Shown one piece after another: positions 18,328 to 27,003 of a stretch of DNA of 32,493 bases. Under the pieces are notes generated by a model, which had not been told where the DNA came from, did not search any database, and worked only from the letters and a program-made list of their open reading frames with translations. Both the position numbers and the translations under genes were made by a program. This stretch comes from an uncultured virus (IMG/VR IMGVR_UViG_3300034378_000060). Taxonomy: Duplodnaviria; Heunggongvirae; Uroviricota; Caudoviricetes. Where the stretch lies: the IMG/VR virus record IMGVR_UViG_3300034378_000060; one strand, written 5' to 3'. Positions within the stretch are counted from its first letter, which is position 1. Every line of letters starts with the position of its first letter.

Positions 18328-20886
18328 TTATATCTTCTCCAATGTAAATACAATTCCTGTCGGAAGACTATTAATGTTCAATGTATATCGTTCATTATAA
18401 GTCGCTGTTACTGTTACATCTGATGTAGTAACACTTACAGTTCTTATTCTATTCGTTGATTCGTCTTCCCACTTTAAGAAACGCCATTTCACAGTAGCAA
18501 TAGTTTGCTCGTATGGCATTGTAATAACGTGGTCAGTATTCACATCAACTTCTGTTGTGTAAGGCGTTGTTTCTGAACTTGCATCATCATCAAAATCTAT
18601 TCCAGATATTGGTGTTGAATTAACTGCAAGAACAACTTTCATAGTGAATGATACTTCACTTCCATATCCCCAACCATCTGTATTATGAGCCTTCGCTCTC
18701 ATATAGTAGGTTTCACCATGAGTTAGACCAGTAAGCCCACGAGAGTAAGTTCCAGTTCCGAATGTTCCTTCCTCAGTCCATTCGTTTGGATAAACACCTG
18801 TTTCAGTTCCCCACTCGAAACCTCTTTCATCTGGGCTATCTACTCCAATATTTGTAATGTTTCCATTTAATGTGATTGTTGATGTTGAACGATTTGTTAC
18901 GGCATCGGTTGTTAAAATTGGAGTCTTAATCAAGGGTTCTTCTTCACTTCCCCACTCATGAAAAGTATCAAGTAAAGTTTGATGAGTAGAAGCTATCCAA
19001 CCCGCACTTCTAGCAACACTTGAAATACGCACTTCGTCTTCTCTTGCATTAACATGACCAATCTTAGCAGCCCCCATTTCATGGCAACCAAGCATTAAGT
19101 TTGATGTTCCCGCATGAATGGTGTTATTCATGTCTGATAAGATATTTGTTACATCTACACCATTTCTATATAGCTTCTTTTTGGAAGCGTCATTAGGCTT
19201 ATATGTTCCAGCATAGTAAAGCCACGTTTGATTTGGCATGTTAGCATCTTCAATTATTTCAAGTCTTGGAGTTGTCCATTCTCCATCACGAGAAACGACA
19301 AAACGCATTTTATCATTGATTGCCCCAGTTACATACATTCCATAGCTTCGTTGAGAACCAGTATCCCATCTTCCAAGTGGTCTTCGAATATCAACTGGCA
19401 ATGCATTCCAATAGAAATAAAGTTCAATTGTAACTTCAGCTGTAAATTTTAGAGAAGCATCGTCACCACAGTCAATATATTCGTCACCGTCAAAATCTTG
19501 GGCTTTATCTATTTTACCAGCAAGTTCTGTTGGCTGGTCAGCCCCAACCTTGTCACCATCATTACCATTTGTTGTGCTGTCTTTTATTGTTGAACTGGTT
19601 GCGTCTTGCATGTGGTAAACTGCTTTGAAGTTTGAGTCCCATACGTTAACTGAGTTGCCAACACCAGTCTCATTAACATAATCAGTATTGTCATCGAGAA
19701 GTGGGTCATAGTAGATGTATAATACTTCATCATAAGTTGCATCTATACTTGGCACTTTAACCCAAAGCCAAGCATCTTCATTACCATCATCCCATCGTTC
19801 TACTTCTACATAACATTGTGTTACACCATCATCTGTTGTAACGGCAATTTTTAGTTTTTCAGACCCTATTCTATCGAAAATTGTTGTTATGTCATCACCG
19901 CTTATTCCAGATGAGCTACCTAAATAAAGTAGAATTGGAAAGTTTGTTAAGTCTTCAGATACTAGGTCTGCATCAATATCAAGCCTTATACGCCAACGCC
20001 AAGTGCCGAGAAATGGGGCAAATGTAACAAATGATTTTTCATTTCCATAAACCCAACCATCCCCAGCATCAGCTTTTGCTTTGTAATAGTATCGTTGACC
20101 TGAAGTAAGGCTTGTCAATCCATGGCTGAAACTTCCCGCTTCAAACGAGCCTTCTTCATACCATTCATTTGGATAGGGTCCACCTTCTGTTGTTCCCCAA
20201 TCAAAACCACGTTTCGTAACAGCTACGTCATAACTTCCATTTAACGTTACGGTTGTATCTGCAAGATTACTGTAAGCATCAGTAGTTACTCCAAGTCCGC
20301 CTAAATCTAAATTGTCTATGTGAGCAACTGCTAGATACCCTGTTCCTGAGTTATATGTAGTTGCAACATATAAGTAACGATATGATGTTGAGTCACATGT
20401 GACAGATAGTTGGTCAAGAGCATCTTCTTCATTTGTTCTATCTTCTGCTGTTTCATAAATGTCACAAACAAGACTTGTGCCAGACCGTGTAATTCGAAGA
20501 TAATACCAGTCGCCTTCTGATACTCCTGTCATATAATCTTTTATAAGTGACGAACCATTGAAATAGTGAAGACGTAACCGTTTTGAGCCACCGTTATTGA
20601 AAAAGTCAACTCCGAGAGTTTTATAACTGTTGTCTCTTAGATATTTCCATTCTTCGACAGCATTAGCAAGTAAGTAAACAACTGCAAGGTCGTTACTACC
20701 ACCTATTTCAATACATTTTATGTCTATGTCATGAGTAAAATCGCCAAAGTAATCAGCCGTGTAGTCTTTTACACACCATGCGTCTTCATTACGATAAGAA
20801 GTGAAAACTACGTGAGTTGAGGACTGAACATCTATACGATTATCTGGTTCTTCCTCTGTAAAAGTCGTAAAGTCCTCATACGCCAT
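18328..20886 (-). CDS. Virion structural/adhesin protein: lectin-like N-terminus, FN3-like repeat, DUF2341, LamG (Laminin_G_3), FN3-like repeat, PEGA-like domain
   Basis: WRWRIRLDID...LTNFPIL...YVEVERWD...WVKVP...LYIYY (DUF2341); VWDSNFKAVYHM...DFDGDEYI...WLYYAGTY...LYRNG...DEVRISSVARSAGWI (LamG). Confidence 0.8.
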   Translation of the reverse strand: MAYEDFTTFTEEEPDNRIDVQSSTHVVFTSYRNEDAWCVKDYTADYFGDFTHDIDIKCIEIGGSNDLAVVYLLANAVEEWKYLRDNSYKTLGVDFFNNGGSKRLRLHYFNGSSLIKDYMTGVSEGDWYYLRITRSGTSLVCDIYETAEDRTNEEDALDQLSVTCDSTSYRYLYVATTYNSGTGYLAVAHIDNLDLGGLGVTTDAYSNLADTTVTLNGSYDVAVTKRGFDWGTTEGGPYPNEWYEEGSFEAGSFSHGLTSLTSGQRYYYKAKADAGDGWVYGNEKSFVTFAPFLGTWRWRIRLDIDADLVSEDLTNFPILLYLGSSSGISGDDITTIFDRIGSEKLKIAVTTDDGVTQCYVEVERWDDGNEDAWLWVKVPSIDATYDEVLYIYYDPLLDDNTDYVNETGVGNSVNVWDSNFKAVYHMQDATSSTIKDSTTNGNDGDKVGADQPTELAGKIDKAQDFDGDEYIDCGDDASLKFTAEVTIELYFYWNALPVDIRRPLGRWDTGSQRSYGMYVTGAINDKMRFVVSRDGEWTTPRLEIIEDANMPNQTWLYYAGTYKPNDASKKKLYRNGVDVTNILSDMNNTIHAGTSNLMLGCHEMGAAKIGHVNAREDEVRISSVARSAGWIASTHQTLLDTFHEWGSEEEPLIKTPILTTDAVTNRSTSTITLNGNITNIGVDSPDERGFEWGTETGVYPNEWTEEGTFGTGTYSRGLTGLTHGETYYMRAKAHNTDGWGYGSEVSFTMKVVLAVNSTPISGIDFDDDASSETTPYTTEVDVNTDHVITMPYEQTIATVKWRFLKWEDESTNRIRTVSVTTSDVTVTATYNERYTLNINSLPTGIVFTLEKI
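18643..18918 (-). repeat. FN3-like protein repeat, copy 2 (in the 852-aa protein)
   Basis: LTTDAVTN...TITLNG...RGFEWGTETGVYPNEWTEEGTF...GLTGLTHGETYYMRAKAHNTDGWGYGSEVSF. Confidence 0.8.
20023..20292 (-). repeat. FN3-like protein repeat, copy 1 (in the 852-aa protein)
   Basis: TTDA..N...T.TLNG...RGFDWGT..G.YPNEW.EEG.F..G.FS.GLT.LT.G..YY..AKA...DGW.YG.E.SF matches copy 2. Confidence 0.8.
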
Positions 20887-20906
20887 TAGTCAGCCCCAGC
20901 CTGTAT

Positions 20907-21230
20907 TCATACACGTTTAATTACTTTGAATTTACCGTAAACCTTTGTCGTTAAGGGCGTTTTTCGAGTTACGCTTGGACTCCATACTATTGTTACTTGT
21001 GCTGTTCTACCAGATGGTAGTTCTGGGATTTTTGCTGGTCGGAAACTGACTTCTTTATCGTCCGCAAGCAACACTATGTCAATAAGTTCGTAAGCAGATA
21101 TGTTTCGAACAGAAAGGGAGATTATTCCACTCTGTCCAGCGTCCACAATCTTCTCGAACTTAACTTGCGTTATTGGCTCATTGAACTTTCCGTCTCGATA
21201 TAGTTTCAAATACTTATGTGCAAAGGACAT
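20907..21230 (-). CDS. Small Ig-fold-like protein, putative virion component
   Basis: Beta-strand pattern LSVRN...LPSGRTAQVTIVWSP as in CARDB/Ig-like domains; AGGTGA SD; lies between portal and adhesin genes. Confidence 0.55.
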   Translation of the reverse strand: MSFAHKYLKLYRDGKFNEPITQVKFEKIVDAGQSGIISLSVRNISAYELIDIVLLADDKEVSFRPAKIPELPSGRTAQVTIVWSPSVTRKTPLTTKVYGKFKVIKRV

Positions 21231-21232
21231 TT

Positions 21233-23371
21233 CTAATCACCTTCTTTCTTTATGATTTGTTCTTCTGTTTCGATTTGTTCCTCAATCTTTGTTGCAACTT
21301 GACGTTTCTTTTCATGAGTTTTCTTGATTTCTTCGGTCTCAGTTTTTGCCTTCTCAGTCTTTGCTTTCTCAGCCTCAATTTGGGCTTTAGTCTCTTCGAT
21401 TTTCAACTCAAGAGCTTTAATCTCTTTCTTCTGCTTTCGACCCTTACGTTTATCATCTATTTCAGCGTAGATTTTCTGACGGTTTTTCATGTCTAACTCT
21501 TGTTCTCCCAATGTCTTCATTAATCCGTCTAAAGGAGTTTTCACCGTTACTTGTGTTTCATGCACGATTCTCTGAGGCTTACTTTTAACTGTGATGTCAA
21601 GTTCGACTTTACTAGGCTTCTCTGGTTGCTTTACTGTCTCAGCAACATCTTTAGGAGTTCTAGTCGTTCCCATCTCTTTTGATTGACCTTTCGCTGATGA
21701 TTTTTCCATTCCTTTGAGGCGTTTTTCTTGGCGTTCCTTTGTTTGAGGGTCTGGTTCGCCTTGTGCTTTCTCTTTTTGCTTGAGAAGTTTCGCTTGCTCT
21801 GCTTTCTGTTTCTTAATCTCGTCCTCTATCTCTTCCATAGTCGGCAATGGAACATCGTCCCAGCCCATGATTTGAAGAATTTCCTTCTCAGCACGGTATT
21901 TAGTTCTTGGGTCAAGAGGATTAGCCACGTTAAGTAGTTTGAGACATAGTTCAAGACGTTCAAGGTCGCTCATTAAGCCTTTTGTTGTGGTTTTCACCAT
22001 TGGAATATAAGTTGGTTCGTGAGACCGTCCGCTTTGCTTCGTTCGGACTTTGCCGTATTCACACCAGATATGTCGAGCAAACAACTGGTCTTCAACAGCA
22101 AATTTGAAGACGTTTCTCATTCGTTCAACTTCAATGTTGCTACTGATGAATTGACGTTCACCAGAACCACGAGAAGGTAAACCAACGATTTCTTTCGGAC
22201 AGTTCATACCATGAGCAATTAATGTTAGAAGCGTATTAATAACGTTTGTGGCTTCGAACACTTCTCCGCCGATGTCTTTAATGTCAAATCCAGCGGGCAC
22301 AGGAACAGTTGTCCAGTTCTTTTCACCCATTTCCTTTATTTGACTCATAACATCTCTGATGTGCGGAGATGACCAAGGTCGTTTCTCTGTTCCAGTTACT
22401 ATGAAGAACTTCTTGTTACCAGCACGATAAATGCCTTCGCCAACGGCATCTATGATTCTTCGTAACGTCTTTGCAATACTACATACAGGAGCGATTACAC
22501 TCTCACCGAAGATGTCCCATTCTCTACGATTTGGGGCAAGCCAGAATAATTGCCAAGGATGATATTTGATTACTTGTTTCTTAGTCTTGCTTGAAGTCTT
22601 ACCACGAATCTCATCTTCGAATGTTAAAGCCCCAGCAGTTTCATCGAGAGTCCAATATTGAATCTCCCATGAAAGTGGTTCTCTGTAACGAGCAAGACGA
22701 TTACCAGAGTCTCGAATTATCTTAAGACGTGTAATTCCACCCAAGCCCTTTTTGGTTTCATCGTCATCGCTGTCTTTCCATTGTGGTTCTGCTACTTCTG
22801 TGTAGATAACCCATTCTTTCTTGGCTTTACCCTTTTTCTTGTTAGAGAGTGTTACGGCATTTTCAGCGTTAACGTAGTCATCAAACTTTGGGTCAGATTC
22901 GTAAACAATCTCAGCCCCAGCGTTACCAGTTGTTAAAGCCTCATCGAGAAGAATAGACATAAGCGTAAACATTCCCCGTGTGTAAACATCTTGTCGCACG
23001 GCTCTAATGAACTTCTGTGTATGTTCTTTAATTTTGACTTGATTCTCATCTTTTGGCTCATCTATTTGAGCATCAATATCGCTACCAAGCATTACGCTTT
23101 TAAGGTAGTCAATACATTGACTTACAGGGGTGAAGTTCTTACGTAGCTCTCTATACTCGGCGATTTTCTTAGCCTTTTCTGATGGTGTAGTAACACCAGA
23201 CCAGAATTGTAACTTTTCGTTTTTGCCAACCTCTTCAACGTAACGAACGAATCCACAGCCAAATACTTCTTCAACAATTTGACCAGCAGACTTCTTAGTT
23301 CGCTTCATTTCAGCCTTTAAGAACTTGTCAAAGTCCTTCGTTGTCTTTAATGGTTTTTCTTTCTTAGGCAT
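21233..23371 (-). CDS. Portal protein with long charged C-terminal extension
   Basis: PVSQCIDYLKSVMLG, DEALTTGNAGAEIV, FGESVIAPV, IAHGMNCPKEIVG follow the usual portal layout; SD AGGTGA; capsid genes nearby. Confidence 0.78.
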   Translation of the reverse strand: MPKKEKPLKTTKDFDKFLKAEMKRTKKSAGQIVEEVFGCGFVRYVEEVGKNEKLQFWSGVTTPSEKAKKIAEYRELRKNFTPVSQCIDYLKSVMLGSDIDAQIDEPKDENQVKIKEHTQKFIRAVRQDVYTRGMFTLMSILLDEALTTGNAGAEIVYESDPKFDDYVNAENAVTLSNKKKGKAKKEWVIYTEVAEPQWKDSDDDETKKGLGGITRLKIIRDSGNRLARYREPLSWEIQYWTLDETAGALTFEDEIRGKTSSKTKKQVIKYHPWQLFWLAPNRREWDIFGESVIAPVCSIAKTLRRIIDAVGEGIYRAGNKKFFIVTGTEKRPWSSPHIRDVMSQIKEMGEKNWTTVPVPAGFDIKDIGGEVFEATNVINTLLTLIAHGMNCPKEIVGLPSRGSGERQFISSNIEVERMRNVFKFAVEDQLFARHIWCEYGKVRTKQSGRSHEPTYIPMVKTTTKGLMSDLERLELCLKLLNVANPLDPRTKYRAEKEILQIMGWDDVPLPTMEEIEDEIKKQKAEQAKLLKQKEKAQGEPDPQTKERQEKRLKGMEKSSAKGQSKEMGTTRTPKDVAETVKQPEKPSKVELDITVKSKPQRIVHETQVTVKTPLDGLMKTLGEQELDMKNRQKIYAEIDDKRKGRKQKKEIKALELKIEETKAQIEAEKAKTEKAKTETEEIKKTHEKKRQVATKIEEQIETEEQIIKKEGD

Positions 23372-23409
23372 TGAATCACCTATTTGGTAGGAATATAATT
23401 CAGAACCGT

Positions 23410-23425
23410 TATTTAAACTTTATGG
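23410..23425 (-). promoter_or_regulatory. BRE+TATA promoter of portal-adhesin operon
   Basis: Minus strand CCATAAAG-TTTAAATA ~38 nt upstream of ATG 23371. Confidence 0.8.
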
Positions 23426-23435
23426 CTGATTATGA

Positions 23436-23460
23436 CAAAAAAATGGAAAATAATGGAAGA
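23436..23460 (-). terminator. Oligo-T archaeal terminator after the replication/nucleotide operon
   Basis: Minus strand TCTTCCATTATTTTCCATTTTTTTG directly after stop at 23461. Confidence 0.55.
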
Positions 23461-23871
23461 TTATTGAGTTGCGTAAGGGTCTGGCAATTTAATCTTTCTT
23501 GGCATATCGTATAGTTCTTTCGGTAGTTTACCCTCTTGAATCCATAGAATAGTTTGATACGCACAGAATAAGTTCCAAATTGCTGAAATCAGATGGTTCT
23601 CGTCATCTCTACCATCAATTACTTGTGCAAGATGACGCATAGCAGAGTTTAGAAACGTGTGAATTGGAATTCCTTTTTCCCAATTTCGGTCTCCATACTT
23701 CAAACAGCCTTTCTCATAGTGAATTGCTAATGCTCGGACAACCGCTTGAGGAATCAAGTCGAATCGTCCTTTACCAGTCTGCAAATCTCGGTTAGCCCCA
23801 CTCTCAAAGAGTATTCGCTCACCAGAATCCTTTATCTTATAGTCATTTTTTCCTTTCTTCAGGTCTTCCAT
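23461..23871 (-). CDS. dATP/dGTP diphosphohydrolase-domain protein (DUF5664-like)
   Basis: GKGRFDLIP...KGCLKYGDRNWEKGIP...SAMRHL...ENHL...WN family signature. Confidence 0.85.
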   Translation of the reverse strand: MEDLKKGKNDYKIKDSGERILFESGANRDLQTGKGRFDLIPQAVVRALAIHYEKGCLKYGDRNWEKGIPIHTFLNSAMRHLAQVIDGRDDENHLISAIWNLFCAYQTILWIQEGKLPKELYDMPRKIKLPDPYATQ

Positions 23872-24205
23872 ATCTAAACTTCCTTTTCATGTTTTTCTCA
23901 AGTTTCTTGATGAAAACTTCATCTGGTGATGGAACGCCTACATCTCGATGCATTAAGCCAAAGGCATCCAAAACGTAGAATATTACGTCAATTAGTTCTT
24001 CAGCGATAATATCATCAGTAAGTTGCATCTTGCCCTTGTGTTTAATCATCTTTCCGAACTTGTGTTCCTTCCAGATGTCGCCCGCTTCACCTAACTCTAT
24101 GAATGCGAATAGAAGTTTTTTGTTGAAATCTTCCAACGTATCTTCATGCCCTTTCTCTTTCACGAGAATTCTGATACCCTTCATACATTCTTCAAGAGTC
24201 GGCAT
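23843..24205 (-). CDS. MazG-like nucleotide pyrophosphohydrolase
   Basis: ELGEAGD and EELIDV acidic motifs, KLEKNMKR tail; start at ATG 24205 with AGGTGA SD. Confidence 0.82.
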   Translation of the reverse strand: MPTLEECMKGIRILVKEKGHEDTLEDFNKKLLFAFIELGEAGDIWKEHKFGKMIKHKGKMQLTDDIIAEELIDVIFYVLDAFGLMHRDVGVPSPDEVFIKKLEKNMKRKFRYGRPEERKK

Positions 24206-24515
24206 TCGTTTCACCTTTACTTTCATTAGGTGATTCAGGCTTATAAGTGTTTGGGTCGGGATTTGAGAGAATCTTGTCCATTGATTCAGTTCCGCCAAGA
24301 AATGCTTCTATACGAGCAATACGTTCATCCAATGATTTAAGCAATTGATTAACTGATTCCAGCGACTCTTTTAGATGTTCAATGTCCCAAAAAATAACCT
24401 TAAGCCACTTATACAAGCAACGTAATACTTGATTAGCGGTGACTTTCTTTTCTGTTCTGTATCCTTTTGCGTAAACCTTTTTCTGAGTCTTCTTCTTCTT
24501 TTCGTTTTCCGTCAT
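24192..24515 (-). CDS. Hypothetical protein with coiled-coil segment
   Basis: Heptads IEHLKESLESVNQLLKSLDERIARIEAFL; fills an operon gap; purine-rich SD-like GGGAG upstream. Confidence 0.6.
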   Translation of the reverse strand: MTENEKKKKTQKKVYAKGYRTEKKVTANQVLRCLYKWLKVIFWDIEHLKESLESVNQLLKSLDERIARIEAFLGGTESMDKILSNPDPNTYKPESPNESKGETNADS

Positions 24516-24609
24516 ATTCAAACAACTCCCTGAGATTTTGAAAGTCCTGATTCCAGTTTTTGGTTGGACGTTCTTTCTTATTACGTTTTCGCTTTTGTTT
24601 ACTGGTCAT
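24433..24609 (-). CDS. Possible small charged hypothetical protein (58 aa)
   Basis: ATG 24609 with AGGAG SD overlapping the primase stop, but it overlaps the next ORF by ~80 nt. Confidence 0.3.
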   Translation of the reverse strand: MTSKQKRKRNKKERPTKNWNQDFQNLRELFEYDGKRKEEEDSEKGLRKRIQNRKESHR

Positions 24610-25690
24610 TTTTGTGTCTCCTATTAAATAGCGGACATTTTTCGTAAATACACCATCCAAATTCTTGAATAGTAACACAACGATAAGGATGAACATGCCA
24701 TTTCTCTTGTTCGAAAAACCATTCAATTTGTTCTCGGCAAGTGCTTTTCTCTGGATTATCTCCATCAAAGTCTTTAAAGCAACGAAATAGTTCTATCATT
24801 CCTTCTACCGTCTTATACTTGTCATCGGCATAATAGGCTTCTAAAAGCAATGCAAGTCGTTGCTGATGTTTCATTTCTCCCGCTTCCATCTTCTCCTTGA
24901 AACAAGCACGAATCTCGCCTACGAATCCGTGACCTGACTCTTGTTTGGCTTTGTGGCGTTCTCTTCGTTTAGCTAGTTCCTGTTCTTTCTTCTCAAGTTG
25001 CTGAGAGGCAAGCACGACAGCCCGCTTCATATCGTTAAGTTTCAATCCGTAAAGTCTAAAGAAAGCGATGCTTCTGAGCTTGTCTGGCTTAAGATTTCTG
25101 TTTACGATAATACACTTCTCGCCAGATTTTTGGTGAATTGATAATGGAATCCGTCCGAGACGTTTAATGTCACCGAACGTGGCATCGTCACAATATTTCA
25201 TTTCGGATTCGTATTTAGTTTCGTAGTAGTTAATGAATTGCTGTTGAAGGTTCTTATAAACCACCTTCCAAAATGTTGTCTTTCTATTGATTTGGTAAAC
25301 TGCATCAAAATAGATGTAAATATGATAGCCTCTTCTGCTTTTCACGATTAGTGGTTGCATCTTAAAGTCTTCGATTATCATAGATATAAAACGCTTTACT
25401 TCTTCTGGTAACTCTTTTTGCCGAGCTAGTAGTTCCGCTTCTGTAAATTCGTCATCTTCATGTGCCCAATCAAACTCAAAGAATAGCTTCTCGATTCCAT
25501 ACACTTTGTTGTATCCGTAATATGGATGAATGCTATAAAACGCTGGTTTTTTTTGTTTGGCACATCGTTCCATATGAAAGAATATATCGTTGGGATTATC
25601 GGTGTAAAATCGCTTTGGGTCTCCTAATTCACGCCCAAAGTTACCGAAGAATTCGATGAGGAATTCTTGCTCAGTTACGTGACTTTTCAA
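24599..25690 (-). CDS. Archaeo-eukaryotic primase: PriS catalytic domain fused to PriL-type Fe-S C-terminal domain
   Basis: LFFEFD (motif I), KSRRGYHIY (motif II), DIKRLGRIPLSIHQKSG (motif III); C-terminal IRAC...MKHQQRLAL...PYRCVTIQEFGWCIYEKCP. Confidence 0.85.
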   Translation of the reverse strand: MKSHVTEQEFLIEFFGNFGRELGDPKRFYTDNPNDIFFHMERCAKQKKPAFYSIHPYYGYNKVYGIEKLFFEFDWAHEDDEFTEAELLARQKELPEEVKRFISMIIEDFKMQPLIVKSRRGYHIYIYFDAVYQINRKTTFWKVVYKNLQQQFINYYETKYESEMKYCDDATFGDIKRLGRIPLSIHQKSGEKCIIVNRNLKPDKLRSIAFFRLYGLKLNDMKRAVVLASQQLEKKEQELAKRRERHKAKQESGHGFVGEIRACFKEKMEAGEMKHQQRLALLLEAYYADDKYKTVEGMIELFRCFKDFDGDNPEKSTCREQIEWFFEQEKWHVHPYRCVTIQEFGWCIYEKCPLFNRRHKNDQ

Positions 25691-26270
25691 GTTTCCGTCT
25701 CTCTTTCACCTGTATTCTTAATCGTGGCATTTCCTTCTTAAGATGGTTCACGAGACCACCTTGCGTCTTAAAGACTCTCACGGTTGCATATCGAATCCAC
25801 GGATGGAATTGAAAACGTGACGAACGACTAATAAGATATACTGGTTTGTTCAAGAATGCTTCGAGATAGCGATGTGGAATCATGTCCTTCTTTGCAAGCC
25901 ATTGAAATACTCCGCCACAAGTCCACATTTCACATGTTGTTCCAGTTGATGTTTCTTGCATGTAAGCAATAATGCCATCTGCATCCAAAATCATGTCCAA
26001 GTCTGTGTCAACGATATTCTCATAATTTGACCTTACTTTCTTGGTGAATTCATGAATTTCCTCTGCATTAAGACCTTTTGATGTTAACTCGTCAGCTAAT
26101 CGAACTTCTGGACGAGAGTCTTTCCATGAACCATCTGGATTGTAGAATGGATTGTCTGTGATAATTCCTATCTTCTGTAACTTAGGAATCAGTTCGTCTC
26201 GAACTGTGACACGTTCGCCAAATGTGTGGGCTATATAGAATTTAGGTTTCAATTTTTTTCTTCCCATCAT
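25671..26270 (-). CDS. Nucleoside 2-deoxyribosyltransferase / nucleotide N-hydrolase-like protein
   Basis: FYIAHTF, DNP, DLDMILDADGIIA, STGTTCEM (catalytic Glu), KPVY. Confidence 0.75.
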   Translation of the reverse strand: MMGRKKLKPKFYIAHTFGERVTVRDELIPKLQKIGIITDNPFYNPDGSWKDSRPEVRLADELTSKGLNAEEIHEFTKKVRSNYENIVDTDLDMILDADGIIAYMQETSTGTTCEMWTCGGVFQWLAKKDMIPHRYLEAFLNKPVYLISRSSRFQFHPWIRYATVRVFKTQGGLVNHLKKEMPRLRIQVKERRKLEKSRN

Positions 26271-27003
26271 GTATCTCTCTCAAATATGTTTTAGCAATCA
26301 TAGAGAATTTCTCTTTCAAATCATCAGGCATTAATTGAGCAATCAACATAATGCGTCTCGGTGAAAGTTTCATGAGATTCCTAAAAGCATCTGCAACTGG
26401 ATGGCATCCAAAGCAGAATTCTGACGTGTTCTCTAAGACCAGTATTGGATTCTTAGCCACGGTGGAAGGTTTATATGCATACTTCCAATGATGAAGTGAT
26501 GTGAATTTAATCTCCTTTCGATGTTTTGATTTGCCACAAGCGGAACATACGCCTTTACGTGGGTCAAACGGTAATGTAAGTCTTACACCTTTTCCACGAG
26601 ACCCGCCATATTTTGTTCGATATGGTCTCTGTCTGAATGGCGTTTTATTGCCACGGAACATTGCTTCGTAGCATTCTTCGTGATAGTAATAATGGTTGCG
26701 TTTACGATGTTTGGAAACAACCATTTGAGTGTAGGTTATATCCATAGTTTTGTTTCCGCATCTTTCACATGAAATAACCCTTACTCGCTTTCTGTCGTTC
26801 CACTCACCTAAAGTTTCGTCATAAGTCATTTTGAGTTGACATCTACGACAAACAACGAAACCAGTAACGTTTATATCTCGACCAAATAGAGGGTCAGGAC
26901 TATCTTTTGGTTGATGTAAACAAATAGGGGCTGAACACACTAACCTGAGTCCACGCCCTTCAAGGATGGACTTAGTGTGCGGATTCAGGGGAAACCTGTT
27001 CAT
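26242..27003 (-). CDS. Zinc-finger protein with C-terminal HNH-like nuclease domain
   Basis: CSAPIC, CRRC, CERC, HEEC in the N half; CSAC...SLHH...ENT...CFGCH in the C half. Confidence 0.65.
   Translation of the reverse strand: MNRFPLNPHTKSILEGRGLRLVCSAPICLHQPKDSPDPLFGRDINVTGFVVCRRCQLKMTYDETLGEWNDRKRVRVISCERCGNKTMDITYTQMVVSKHRKRNHYYYHEECYEAMFRGNKTPFRQRPYRTKYGGSRGKGVRLTLPFDPRKGVCSACGKSKHRKEIKFTSLHHWKYAYKPSTVAKNPILVLENTSEFCFGCHPVADAFRNLMKLSPRRIMLIAQLMPDDLKEKFSMIAKTYLREIHDGKKKIET

Noticed and set aside
18326..18360. Programmed frameshift fusing the 852-aa and Kelch proteins
   Set aside because: No slippery heptamer is visible; a stop followed after 1 nt by ATG fits ordinary translational coupling.
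23461..24205. 2-aminoadenine (Z) genome system
   Set aside because: No purZ or HD-domain dATPase in the window; DUF5664-like and MazG-like genes alone are insufficient.
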